Shown here: positions 29,088 through 37,864 of the stretch, one piece after another
Layout: every line of letters begins with the position of its first letter
Position numbering within the stretch: the stretch's first letter is position 1
NCBI GenBank assembly: GCA_021798875.1
Contig: JAJZBN010000002.1
Span: 82,831-146,830 of the forward strand
DNA: 64,000 nt
Direction of reading: 5' to 3'
Source of the DNA: a bacterium
Lineage (GTDB): Bacteria > SZUA-79 > Acidulodesulfobacterales > Acidulodesulfobacteraceae
Translations under genes and position numbers: made by a program
The notes under the pieces: model-generated
What the model was told of the DNA's origin: nothing
Databases searched by the model: none
Seen by the model: only the letters and a program-made list of their open reading frames with translations

Positions 29088-31154
29088 ATGATAAATCTTT
29101 ATCTTAAAAATTTCAATTTTAATATATATAACTCCATAGGAATACTGCTTTCTTCGAAAAACGAATGCAGGCTTTTTATTAAAAACATCGAAAATCTAAA
29201 TGTAAACTGCAATTTTTTTACTTTCGAAGATTTAAAAAAAAATTTTAATATCGACGGCGCAATTGAATCGCCGTTAAGTTTTCCTTTTAAAAATATCGGA
29301 AACGTTTTGTCGGCAAAAGCTGTTTTTTTAAGCGGCATAACGGTAAATTCGCTTTCGGATGCCGCCTTATTAAACGCAGTGTGCGACTTTACGTTAAACA
29401 ACGGCGTTATTTTCGGCATAGTAACGGAAACGGTTTTTAATACTGTAGAAAATTTAACTAATTTATACGGCAATCCTCGCATCCAAAAAAACTATTATGA
29501 AAATTTAATAATCGATATTTATAAATCGCGTTTAAAAATGCTTTTAAAAACAAGAATTTTAGCTTCCGAAAAAAACGAAGGATACACCGAATCTATGGAC
29601 TTGTTTATCCGTAAAATGAAAACTATAGGTTTTAATCCTAAAATTAATAATACAAATTTAATTTTTTTAAATTCAAAAAAATTCGCCGTAAATATTAACA
29701 TAGCGCCGCCGCCGCAATATATATCGCCGGACGAAAAAACTGCGGATTCCGTTTCTCGAAATGAAATTGCTTTAAATACAAATTTATACGACATGTACTT
29801 TTACCAAAAAGAGCTTTTTAATAAAATTAAAATATTTTTGAATACCGCTAAAAATTTATATGAAGGAACGGTATTAAAAAGAAACGGTGGAACGACTAAA
29901 AAAAAGATGTCATCTTCGGAACTCAGCAAAATTCAAAAAATGTCGATAGAAGAAATAAATAAGGCACAGCTTATAATAGCAGGCGCAGGAGCAGGCAAAA
30001 CTAAAGTATTAGTCGATAAGTTCTTATATTTATTAAATTTTTTTTCCGCGGGTTCGATACTTGTCCTGACTTTTACCAATAACGCCGTATCCGAAATAAA
30101 AAACAGGGCAGCAAAAAAATTAAATATTAACGGATATAATAAATTTATCAACGATAAAATTTTAAATATTTCAACCTACCACAGTTTTTTCTATTCGATA
30201 ATAAAAGAATTTTATAGCGAGCTCGGCTATAAATCCGCTCCTTCCATTTCAGACGAAAAGATTGAAGCGTCCGTCTCGAATAATAAATACGCAGACGAAT
30301 TATCTATATCCTACGAAGAAATTATTTTAAACATAATCAAACTGTTTAAAAACGACTATATAGCAAACGAAATATCCTCAAGGTTTAAATATATATTAGT
30401 CGATGAATATCAGGATTTAGATTTTTTAAGCGATTATTTAATAAAAAAAATAGATGCGGGCAAGGGCAAAGTTATGTATGCCGGAGACGATGACCAATCG
30501 ATATACGGATTTAACGGGGGAGATTTTTTTAATATCCTGACGTTCGACCTGTTTTTTCCTTCAGGCAAAGTATTCGTTTTCCAAAATAATTACAGGTCAA
30601 ACCCGAGTGTCGTCGAATTTTGCAATTCAATATTGAATAACATAAAATTCGGGTATCCGAAAAAATTAATTGCAAAAAACAATACAATAATGGATGCGGC
30701 GGTCGATATCATTGGTTTTAAAAATAAAAGCGAAGAAAAAAATTTTATAGCAAAAAGAGCGGTGGATTATTTTGAGACCGGAAAGAAAGTTGCGGTTTTA
30801 GTAAGAACTAAAAGAGAGAAAGCTAAATTTCTGGCTATTCCAAATTTAGCCGATTTTTGCCAAGTATCGACCATCCATGCCGGCAAAGGTTTGGAGTACG
30901 ATATCGTATTTATTTCAGGAGTGTCTAAAGACAATATATCCCGCTTAAAAAACGCTAATTTAACCGGAGGCGGCAGGCCGTCAGATTTCAAAATTCATCC
31001 TTTCGTAAATTTTTTTAAAACAAGTTATGCATTTAAAATAACCGATATATTAATCGACGACGAGATAAGGCTTTTTTACGTTGCGGCTTCAAGAGCTAAA
31101 GAAAAACTTTATATAACGTATTCCGGAGAAATTTCGGATTTTTTAAAACGCTAA
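29088..31154 (+). CDS. compact SF1 (UvrD/Rep-like) helicase with an uncharacterised ~290-aa N-terminal domain
   Basis: Motifs I IAGAGAGKTKVL, Ia LVLTFTNNA, II VDEYQDLD, III YAGDDDQSIYGFNGG, IV NYRSNP, V TIHAGKGLEYD and VI FYVAASRAKEKLY all lie within residues ~295-688. I recognise no motif in residues 1-290. Confidence 0.8.
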   Translation: MINLYLKNFNFNIYNSIGILLSSKNECRLFIKNIENLNVNCNFFTFEDLKKNFNIDGAIESPLSFPFKNIGNVLSAKAVFLSGITVNSLSDAALLNAVCDFTLNNGVIFGIVTETVFNTVENLTNLYGNPRIQKNYYENLIIDIYKSRLKMLLKTRILASEKNEGYTESMDLFIRKMKTIGFNPKINNTNLIFLNSKKFAVNINIAPPPQYISPDEKTADSVSRNEIALNTNLYDMYFYQKELFNKIKIFLNTAKNLYEGTVLKRNGGTTKKKMSSSELSKIQKMSIEEINKAQLIIAGAGAGKTKVLVDKFLYLLNFFSAGSILVLTFTNNAVSEIKNRAAKKLNINGYNKFINDKILNISTYHSFFYSIIKEFYSELGYKSAPSISDEKIEASVSNNKYADELSISYEEIILNIIKLFKNDYIANEISSRFKYILVDEYQDLDFLSDYLIKKIDAGKGKVMYAGDDDQSIYGFNGGDFFNILTFDLFFPSGKVFVFQNNYRSNPSVVEFCNSILNNIKFGYPKKLIAKNNTIMDAAVDIIGFKNKSEEKNFIAKRAVDYFETGKKVAVLVRTKREKAKFLAIPNLADFCQVSTIHAGKGLEYDIVFISGVSKDNISRLKNANLTGGGRPSDFKIHPFVNFFKTSYAFKITDILIDDEIRLFYVAASRAKEKLYITYSGEISDFLKR

Positions 31155-32185
31155 AACTGGTTTAAGATATCGAGGCTGCCCTGATATAAAAGCCTCAAGT
31201 CGTTAATATTATATTTAAGCATAACTATTCTGTCGAATCCCATTCCAAACGCAAAACCTTTATACTCATGCGGGTCTATGCCGGCATATTTAAAAACGTT
31301 AGGATGCACCATTCCGCACGGAATTACTTCTATCCAGCCTGTATTTTTACATACTCCGCAGCCCCTTCCGCCGCAGAATACGCATTCTATATCAAGATCT
31401 AAACCGGGTTCTACGAAAGGATAAAAAGCAGGCCTGAAACGCGTTTTTCTTGCGCCGAGCATATGCTTTACCGTCTCTTCCAATATTCCTTTTAAATCCG
31501 AAAGTTTAACGTTTTTATCTACGAAAAGTCCTTCCATTTGATTAAACATAAAAAGATGCGTCGCATCCACGGCTTCATATCTGTAACATCTGCCGGGAGC
31601 TATTATTCTTAAAGGCAGCTCTTTTTTTTCGAGGATTCGCGCCTGAACGCTCGACGTATGCGTTCTCGGCACTAAACCGTTCAGCAGATAAAAAGTATCC
31701 CATACATCTCTGGCGGGATGGTCCGCCGGAATATTTAACGCATCGAAATTATAATAAGTAGTTTCTATTTCCGGACCTTCGACTGTCTCGAAACCCATAG
31801 ACGTAAAAAAATCGGCCGCTTCTTCCAGTACAGCGGTTATCGGGTGCTTATGAAATCTTTCTATGTGTTTTCCTGGTATGGTAAGGTCTAATTTATATTC
31901 TGCGGAAAATTTTTTATTTTCGTCTAAAGAAAGTTTGGATTTTTTTGCATTATAAACCGATTCTATCTCGCTTTTAACTTCGTTCGATTTTTTTCCTATA
32001 ATTTTTTTTTCTTCTATTGAATATGAACCGATATTATGTAAAATTTCCGTAAGCCTGCCCTTCTTTCCCATGAAAGCCTTAAAGATGCCGTCCAATTCGC
32101 TTAAATCGCCGGCGGAATCTAAAGACCTTTTTGCTTCTTCGGATATTTTATTTATAGTTTCTATAATTTCTAAGTTTTTATCCAT
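31151..32185 (-). CDS. pheS: phenylalanine--tRNA ligase alpha subunit
   Basis: Class II motifs ADHPARDVWDTFY, GRCYRYE and GFAFGMGFDRI, plus the common CxxC..CxxC insertion. Confidence 0.95.
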   Translation of the reverse strand: MDKNLEIIETINKISEEAKRSLDSAGDLSELDGIFKAFMGKKGRLTEILHNIGSYSIEEKKIIGKKSNEVKSEIESVYNAKKSKLSLDENKKFSAEYKLDLTIPGKHIERFHKHPITAVLEEAADFFTSMGFETVEGPEIETTYYNFDALNIPADHPARDVWDTFYLLNGLVPRTHTSSVQARILEKKELPLRIIAPGRCYRYEAVDATHLFMFNQMEGLFVDKNVKLSDLKGILEETVKHMLGARKTRFRPAFYPFVEPGLDLDIECVFCGGRGCGVCKNTGWIEVIPCGMVHPNVFKYAGIDPHEYKGFAFGMGFDRIVMLKYNINDLRLLYQGSLDILNQF

Positions 32186-32230
32186 TGTTATATATTACCA
32201 AACTTCATATAATTATTTCAACAAAGTTTT

Positions 32231-35200
32231 TTATCCTACTACTTTATTTCTTCCGAATTCTTTTGCCCTGTATAAATTATCGTCCGCAATTTTCAGCAAA
32301 CCGTTTAATATTTCGTCCGTATCGTAATTTATGTCCGTAATTTTCCCGCCTTTATCTTGAAAAAACTGTTCTATGTCCGAAACTCCTACGGATATGGTAA
32401 TATTTAAATTTAAATTGTCTTTAGGCGTATAAATTTTATTTTCTATATAAACTCTTAATTTTTCCATTAAATTCACAGCTTTTTCTTTACTTGTATCCGG
32501 TAAAACTACGACAAATTCATCGCCGCCGTACCTTGTTATTATGTCCTGTTTTCTGAGCAAAACGCTTTTTAAGTCGCCGGTAAATTCGACCAGCATTATG
32601 TCGCCTATATTGTGCCCGTAATTATCGTTTATATTTTTAAATTTATCGACGTCCAATATTGCAAAAGAAAGATCCGTCGAATTTCTTGACGCCCTTGCTA
32701 TTTCTCTTTTTACGAACTCGTACATAAATCTTCTGTTATGTATTCCGGTTAAAGAATCCGTAAGCGCCAGTTCCCTGTTCGTTTCTATTAATATCAGTTT
32801 TGCAAAAACCGGAGATGCTATGTTTATTATCTCTTTTACCAAGTCGATAATTTCTTGGGTAAAGAAATACTTATCTTCTGAATCTATGGAAATAGTGCCT
32901 GCTAATTCATCGCTTATTTTCAGCGGAAAGCACATATAACTGCCGGCAGTACCTCTAAATTCGCAATTATTTACGATGTCGTCCTGACCGTTATTTTTTT
33001 CGTTTTTTAAAAGTTTGCAGTTCGACAGATAGTCTTCGTAATCGATATTTGCCGTTTTCAGTATAATTTTATCGGCATTTTCGGAATTGTCCGTCTCCGG
33101 CGGCGAAACTTTTTTCCTGTCGTAAATCAAAGAGGTGACGGTTTTTTTATTGGCGGCATCGAATATGTTAATATGCAGGGAATCCACCATGCCGCCGCAC
33201 TGTTTTTTTATAGAACATAAACCTTCCGCAAACGTTTTTATGGCATATTCAAGAGTAAAAACCATGGATAGTTTATATGCCAGATTGTTTAGCAGATTTA
33301 GTCTTTTTATATTATTTTTTAGATTAGTTACGTCTCCGAATACAAGAAGCCTTATAACGCTTTTATCTTTAGTCGTAAACAGATTAGACTTCATATTTAA
33401 TATAATGCCGTTTTTAAGATTAATTTCTACGCTTTCCAGAGTAGCGGTGTATCTGTTGTTTATGTATGTTTCAAATACTGTTTTCGCAAAATTTTTATCT
33501 TCAAATGCATCCTTTATTTTTTCGTAAAATTCATTTAAGTCTAACGGCGTCGAAAACTTTCCTATATTAAACGCCCGGGCAAAATAATCGTTGTAAAGAT
33601 TAACCGTCTTATCGGTTAAATTAATAGAAACGATACCAAACTCCGCCATCTTGTTTATTAAGTTTTCCCTGTTTTCTAAAAGTTCTACCGAAGAATCCAG
33701 CTTTTCAAAAAGCGTATTAATTTCAAAATATTCCGCTAAAAAGTTTATGCCGTTTTTAAAAAATTCTAAATCTTCGTCGTAAAACGACGCTTTTCTTTTA
33801 ATTACGCCGGTTATAGCCAGATATCTTCTGTTTTCCGTTCCCTCGAAGGAATAAAGAATTATATCTTCTACGCCTTTATTTTTAAAATATTCCGTCGCGG
33901 AATCATCTTTTTGATAATTATACGCTTCAAGCCTGTTTTCAATTATACGTTTTTTAACGAACTCGGTAGGAACCGGCTCAATAGTGCTTTTGCTCAAGTT
34001 TAAAACCCACTTATTAGAAAATATGCCTTTCATAATTTCGCTTTTAATGGTATCAAAGACGATAAATTCCACAAAATCGGTCTGCATATCATCTTCTATG
34101 TCGTTTAAAAATTTTTGCAGAAACTCTTCTCCGCTTAATTCCTGTTTGTTTCTATTGCCTGATTCGCTGGAATAAACTGAATTTCCGTTAACGTTAGCTT
34201 TGTTTTCATCGGTTATTTCTTGTCTTCTTGTCATTGAAAACAATAGCCTCTCGGCCATTTTAGATAAAAGCGATTGTCTTCTCAAATTTTTCAGGTAAGT
34301 TATCAGGTATGCGGCATAATTTGCAAGATTAAAAATTGCGCCGCCTTTAACATCGTCGAAAGCGCCTTTCTTGCTTGAATAAATTGCCATTATGCCGATA
34401 ACGCGGCCATGTATTATTAAAGGAAACGAGCCTGCCGACAAAAAATTAAATTCTAAAAGTTTGGTTTTATAATGGGCGGGTATAGTCGTATCATTTTCTA
34501 CGTCGTTTATTACGGCGTAATTTTGCAATTTTATAGCTTTTGCCGTCAAATTTTGCAAATATTCACGATTGTCCAAATTTTCGCCGTATTGAAGAATTAA
34601 ATTTTTCACGTAATTAAAATCGTTATTATAAGCGTTTATTATCTTCACTTCTTTTTTGTCTTCGTCTAAAACTCCGAACCAAGCGTAACTATACCCCATT
34701 CTTTCGACTATCAGGTCAATAAGTTTAAACGTAAGCGAATTAAAATCGTCCTTTTCGGAAACTGCTTTGGAAAAATCGTTTATGCTGGACACTATAAGGC
34801 TGTTTTCTTTCTGCTTTAGCGCTATCGAGTTGTTTAAAGCGGTTATGGCTTTAGCGAAATCGTAAAATTCGTTTTCCTTGTTTTTATATTTGTCTGCGAT
34901 ATTTAATTCCTGCGGATTGTTTGGGTCTATATTTCTTATGCTTTTCAAAAGGTCGTAGAAAGGCTCCGAAAATCTTTTATTTATTAAAATAAAAATCAGT
35001 ATAGTTAAAGCATATAGCGCCATAAAAAAAATTATAGACGCATATAGTTTAGAAAGATGCCTGAGCCATGTATATTCCTTTATGCCTGCACCGAATACCC
35101 CTATAATTTTACCGTCGTAATTTTTTATCGGCACGTTATATACATAAAAAGGCGTGCCGTTCACCTTTAACGATGCATAAACGCTTATGCCCTTTTCTAA

Positions 35201-35884
35201 AACCGGAATCTGTTTTTTCGTCAGATTCTGCCCCACACCCTCATATTCATTATTTTTAACAAAAGAAATAGCAGACCTTTCGGAACCGTAATAAATACCG
35301 AGATTTGAATGTATACGTCTTTTTATTCGGATATTTTTTAAATAATTACTGATTACATGCTTATTTAGAATAATTAAATAACCGTTATTTTTATGCAGCA
35401 GGCGGTAAACCACCGTAATATTTATTAGTCTGTCGGACTTATCTCTTCCGAAGCCCGTAAATATGTGACGGTTTTTTGCAGATATTATTCTTTTCAATCT
35501 ATCGTAATATTGCTTAGATATTTTAAGTATTTCCGGATATTTTTTGTATTCAAATTTTTTAACGTAATCTATTTTTCCGCTTTCTATTTTTACTAAGATT
35601 ATGTCGGATATTCTTTTATAATCTACCGTCTTTCTGATGAACCCGCTTTTAAAATTATGGGCTATAATATCGTTGGCTTTTTCAAGCATATAATTTCTTT
35701 CGCTTAAAAAAGCCATAGTGCCGGACATTAAGTTCGATTTTAACTCTTCTTTTAACGATTTTCGACTGTATAGCGCAATATAATGGAGAGCTATAAATAT
35801 TCCGACCGAAAAAATAATAATATTCGACAGGATGAATAGGAAGTAGATTTTAAATTTTATAGAATTAACATTTATTTTCGGCAT
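32231..35884 (-). CDS. large multi-domain sensor diguanylate cyclase (TM-bounded extracytoplasmic domain, several GAF/PAS-like modules, C-terminal GGDEF)
   Basis: TM helices lie near residues 15-35 and 285-305. The C-terminus carries RYGGDEFVVV with an RKQD I-site 5 residues upstream and the NINDNYGHNIGD context. Confidence 0.85.
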   Translation of the reverse strand: MPKINVNSIKFKIYFLFILSNIIIFSVGIFIALHYIALYSRKSLKEELKSNLMSGTMAFLSERNYMLEKANDIIAHNFKSGFIRKTVDYKRISDIILVKIESGKIDYVKKFEYKKYPEILKISKQYYDRLKRIISAKNRHIFTGFGRDKSDRLINITVVYRLLHKNNGYLIILNKHVISNYLKNIRIKRRIHSNLGIYYGSERSAISFVKNNEYEGVGQNLTKKQIPVLEKGISVYASLKVNGTPFYVYNVPIKNYDGKIIGVFGAGIKEYTWLRHLSKLYASIIFFMALYALTILIFILINKRFSEPFYDLLKSIRNIDPNNPQELNIADKYKNKENEFYDFAKAITALNNSIALKQKENSLIVSSINDFSKAVSEKDDFNSLTFKLIDLIVERMGYSYAWFGVLDEDKKEVKIINAYNNDFNYVKNLILQYGENLDNREYLQNLTAKAIKLQNYAVINDVENDTTIPAHYKTKLLEFNFLSAGSFPLIIHGRVIGIMAIYSSKKGAFDDVKGGAIFNLANYAAYLITYLKNLRRQSLLSKMAERLLFSMTRRQEITDENKANVNGNSVYSSESGNRNKQELSGEEFLQKFLNDIEDDMQTDFVEFIVFDTIKSEIMKGIFSNKWVLNLSKSTIEPVPTEFVKKRIIENRLEAYNYQKDDSATEYFKNKGVEDIILYSFEGTENRRYLAITGVIKRKASFYDEDLEFFKNGINFLAEYFEINTLFEKLDSSVELLENRENLINKMAEFGIVSINLTDKTVNLYNDYFARAFNIGKFSTPLDLNEFYEKIKDAFEDKNFAKTVFETYINNRYTATLESVEINLKNGIILNMKSNLFTTKDKSVIRLLVFGDVTNLKNNIKRLNLLNNLAYKLSMVFTLEYAIKTFAEGLCSIKKQCGGMVDSLHINIFDAANKKTVTSLIYDRKKVSPPETDNSENADKIILKTANIDYEDYLSNCKLLKNEKNNGQDDIVNNCEFRGTAGSYMCFPLKISDELAGTISIDSEDKYFFTQEIIDLVKEIINIASPVFAKLILIETNRELALTDSLTGIHNRRFMYEFVKREIARASRNSTDLSFAILDVDKFKNINDNYGHNIGDIMLVEFTGDLKSVLLRKQDIITRYGGDEFVVVLPDTSKEKAVNLMEKLRVYIENKIYTPKDNLNLNITISVGVSDIEQFFQDKGGKITDINYDTDEILNGLLKIADDNLYRAKEFGRNKVVG

Positions 35885-35958
35885 TTTTTCTTATTTTTTT
35901 AATATGCCTCCTATATTAATAGTATATAGCATATCTATGCAATTTCAACGAATCTAAA

Positions 35959-36055
35959 TTATGCAAATCCCTTTAAAATCCCTTTATAATGAAAAAATGC
36001 CGCAAACTAAATATTGCTCTATTTCAAGAAGATGCCTTTGAAGGGATTTGCATAA
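35959..36055. other. 15-bp perfect inverted repeat bracketing the atpE stop codon
   Basis: TTATGCAAATCCCTT (35959-35973) faces AAGGGATTTGCATAA (36041-36055), with a 67-nt loop. The right arm encodes the last residues of AtpE. AATCCCTTTA is also directly duplicated at 35966-35985. Confidence 0.5.
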
Positions 36056-36408
36056 AACAGAATAAACGTAATCAGCAGGGCATAAAGCGCCAATGATTCC
36101 ATAATAGCCATACCTGTTATCATCCAGACGATTAATTTTTTCTCCATGCCGGGATTTCTTCCCATTGATTCAAGCGCCCCCCTTACCGCGTTTCCCATAC
36201 CTACGCCTGCGCCGATAACTCCGAGTCCTATAGCCAAGCCGCCGCCAAGTGCAGAAAGGCCAAAAAATAAGCTTTTAGAAAATAATACGGAACTATTCGC
36301 CGCATGCTGCTGAACAGGCACTGTAGCCTCTATAGCTTTCGCCGCAAAACATTTTGCTCCGTAAACGGAAACAGATAAAAAAGTAAGGATAAAAACAAGA
36401 TATTTCAT
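36019..36408 (-). CDS. atpE: F0 ATP synthase subunit c with a ~45-aa signal-like N-terminal extension
   Basis: The core GLGVIGAGVGMGNAVRGALESMGRNPG...AIMESLALYALLITFILFYANPF is a canonical c-subunit hairpin. ATG at 36408 has GGAGG 11 nt upstream. Confidence 0.9.
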   Translation of the reverse strand: MKYLVFILTFLSVSVYGAKCFAAKAIEATVPVQQHAANSSVLFSKSLFFGLSALGGGLAIGLGVIGAGVGMGNAVRGALESMGRNPGMEKKLIVWMITGMAIMESLALYALLITFILFYANPFKGIFLK

Positions 36409-36469
36409 AATTAAAAAAACCTCCGGTTTAATTTTATAATTTTTAAAATTTAATTTTATAAGTTCAATT

Positions 36470-37159
36470 CTAATGTTCTTCCTCTAACGACAGCGCAATA
36501 TATATAATTGCAAGCAGATAAAACACGAACGCCTGCATAAAGTCCGTAAATATCTGCATATACATCATAATTGCGGGAATTGCCCATGGAAGAAGGAATA
36601 GTAAAACCGTAACCATAAATTCTTCAGCAAAAATATTTGCAAATAAACGCAGGGCATGTGAAAAAGGACGGGATAATGCCGACATAATTTCGATTATTAT
36701 CATTATCGGCGCAATTATTAAAAGCGGACCTAAAAATTTTTTTATGTATTTAGCTTTATGTTTTTTAATACCGACGGCGTGAGAGAGAAAGAAAACTATT
36801 AAAGCCAGTGCCGCAGTCGTATCTATAGTCGCCGTAGGCGAAGTAAAGCCGGGAATAGAACCTATCAAATTTGAAAAAAGGATAAATATTGAAAAAGAGG
36901 CGATTAAAGGCAAATATACCGCTCCTTCGTCCCCTATGATTTCTTTTAAAAAATATTCCGTCATTATATAAATAAGTTCAAAAAAGTTTTGCAAACCTCC
37001 GGGGACTACTTTAAGAGTTCTACCTGCTATAAATGCAGCTAATAGTATCCCCGCCATAACTATGACGGTCATAGTCCAGTAAACCGGTATTCCTTGTATG
37101 TGAATTAATATTGGGGCTTTTAACATATCTTTAGGATTATTCTTCAGCCGAGTAGTCAA
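36470..37159 (-). CDS. atpB: F0 ATP synthase subunit a
   Basis: Essential Arg context HALRLFANIFAEE and 5-6 TM segments. The start is ambiguous: TTG at 37159 or ATG at 37126. Confidence 0.88.
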   Translation of the reverse strand: MTTRLKNNPKDMLKAPILIHIQGIPVYWTMTVIVMAGILLAAFIAGRTLKVVPGGLQNFFELIYIMTEYFLKEIIGDEGAVYLPLIASFSIFILFSNLIGSIPGFTSPTATIDTTAALALIVFFLSHAVGIKKHKAKYIKKFLGPLLIIAPIMIIIEIMSALSRPFSHALRLFANIFAEEFMVTVLLFLLPWAIPAIMMYMQIFTDFMQAFVFYLLAIIYIALSLEEEH

Positions 37160-37532
37160 GCGAATGCCTGAAAGGGATAAACAATAACGTTATAGAAACA
37201 GGAGTTACGGTAATCCCGGCGGCTATTAAAACAAAATTAAGATTAATTAACTTATTTAATATTATAAAAAAAATTGTTATTATGAGCAAGTCTTTTATTA
37301 TATTTAAATTTAATTTAAAAGGTTTAATTTTTTTAATATTTCTAAAAATATACAGAGTAGTATCGGTAAACAAAAAAAAAGATAATGCGAATCCTATTAA
37401 TATACCTGCAATACCGTTTATTTTTGGAAATATTATCTTGATAGAAAGCGTCGATATTAAAACAATAATAGCTCCGTAAGCAAAGGTTTTAGATATAATC
37501 TGAAATCTTAACGATTTTTTACGGCTTTTCAT
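37137..37532 (-). CDS. atpI: AtpI-like ATP synthase accessory membrane protein
   Basis: Small 4-TM protein between atpZ-like and atpB. I prefer the ATG at 37532 (MKSRKK...), which overlaps the upstream gene by 14 nt. The track's longer ORF (to 37595) would overlap it by 77 nt. Confidence 0.6.
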   Translation of the reverse strand: MKSRKKSLRFQIISKTFAYGAIIVLISTLSIKIIFPKINGIAGILIGFALSFFLFTDTTLYIFRNIKKIKPFKLNLNIIKDLLIITIFFIILNKLINLNFVLIAAGITVTPVSITLLFIPFRHSLDYSAEE

Positions 37533-37734
37533 TAAGCTCTCTTTTAACTGCTTTATATATTTCGTAAATACCTGCAATAAAACCCAGTACGGCAAAAATT
37601 GCTAAAAAAAGGTACTTAAAATTTAAATATTTGTCTATTTCTATTCCAATAAAAATACCGATTATTACCGATATAATCAGATTTAATCCCAAAGAGCTCA
37701 TTCTTGCAATCTGTTTTATGAATTCTTTGTCCAT
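37519..37734 (-). CDS. AtpZ-type (ATPase_gene1 family) small 2-TM protein
   Basis: 71 aa with two TM helices (GLNLIISVIIGIFIG; LFLAIFAVLGFIAGIY). First gene of the atp F0 cluster. Confidence 0.6.
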   Translation of the reverse strand: MDKEFIKQIARMSSLGLNLIISVIIGIFIGIEIDKYLNFKYLFLAIFAVLGFIAGIYEIYKAVKRELNEKP

Positions 37735-37767
37735 TTTTATTTCTAATTAATAATTTATATAAATAAA

Positions 37768-37829
37768 GGCATTTACCGTATTTAATTATATCATTTATTG
37801 CGATATAAAATATATTTACGATAAATGCC
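37768..37829. other. 13-nt inverted repeat (1 mismatch) between the cytochrome cluster and the atp cluster
   Basis: GGCATTTACCGTA (37768-37780) faces TACGATAAATGCC (37817-37829). On the minus strand it is followed by a T-rich stretch, so it is a possible terminator or processing hairpin. Confidence 0.35.
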
Positions 37830-37864
37830 CAAAAATTGCCTTAGATAAACTGCCTTGCTAAAAA

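Noticed and set aside
27218-31154. The pheS-pheT cassette as a recognisable mobile element, prophage or integron
   Set aside because: It contains no integrase, transposase, recombinase or phage structural gene. I found no matching direct repeats at the two borders, because the repeat array is present on one side only. Acquisition remains an inference from synteny and composition.
36019-37734. N-type (Na+) ATPase operon
   Set aside because: The gene order is atpZ/I/B/E only, without the atpD-atpC-atpQ-atpR arrangement. The c-subunit also lacks the helix-1 Gln of the Na+ site.
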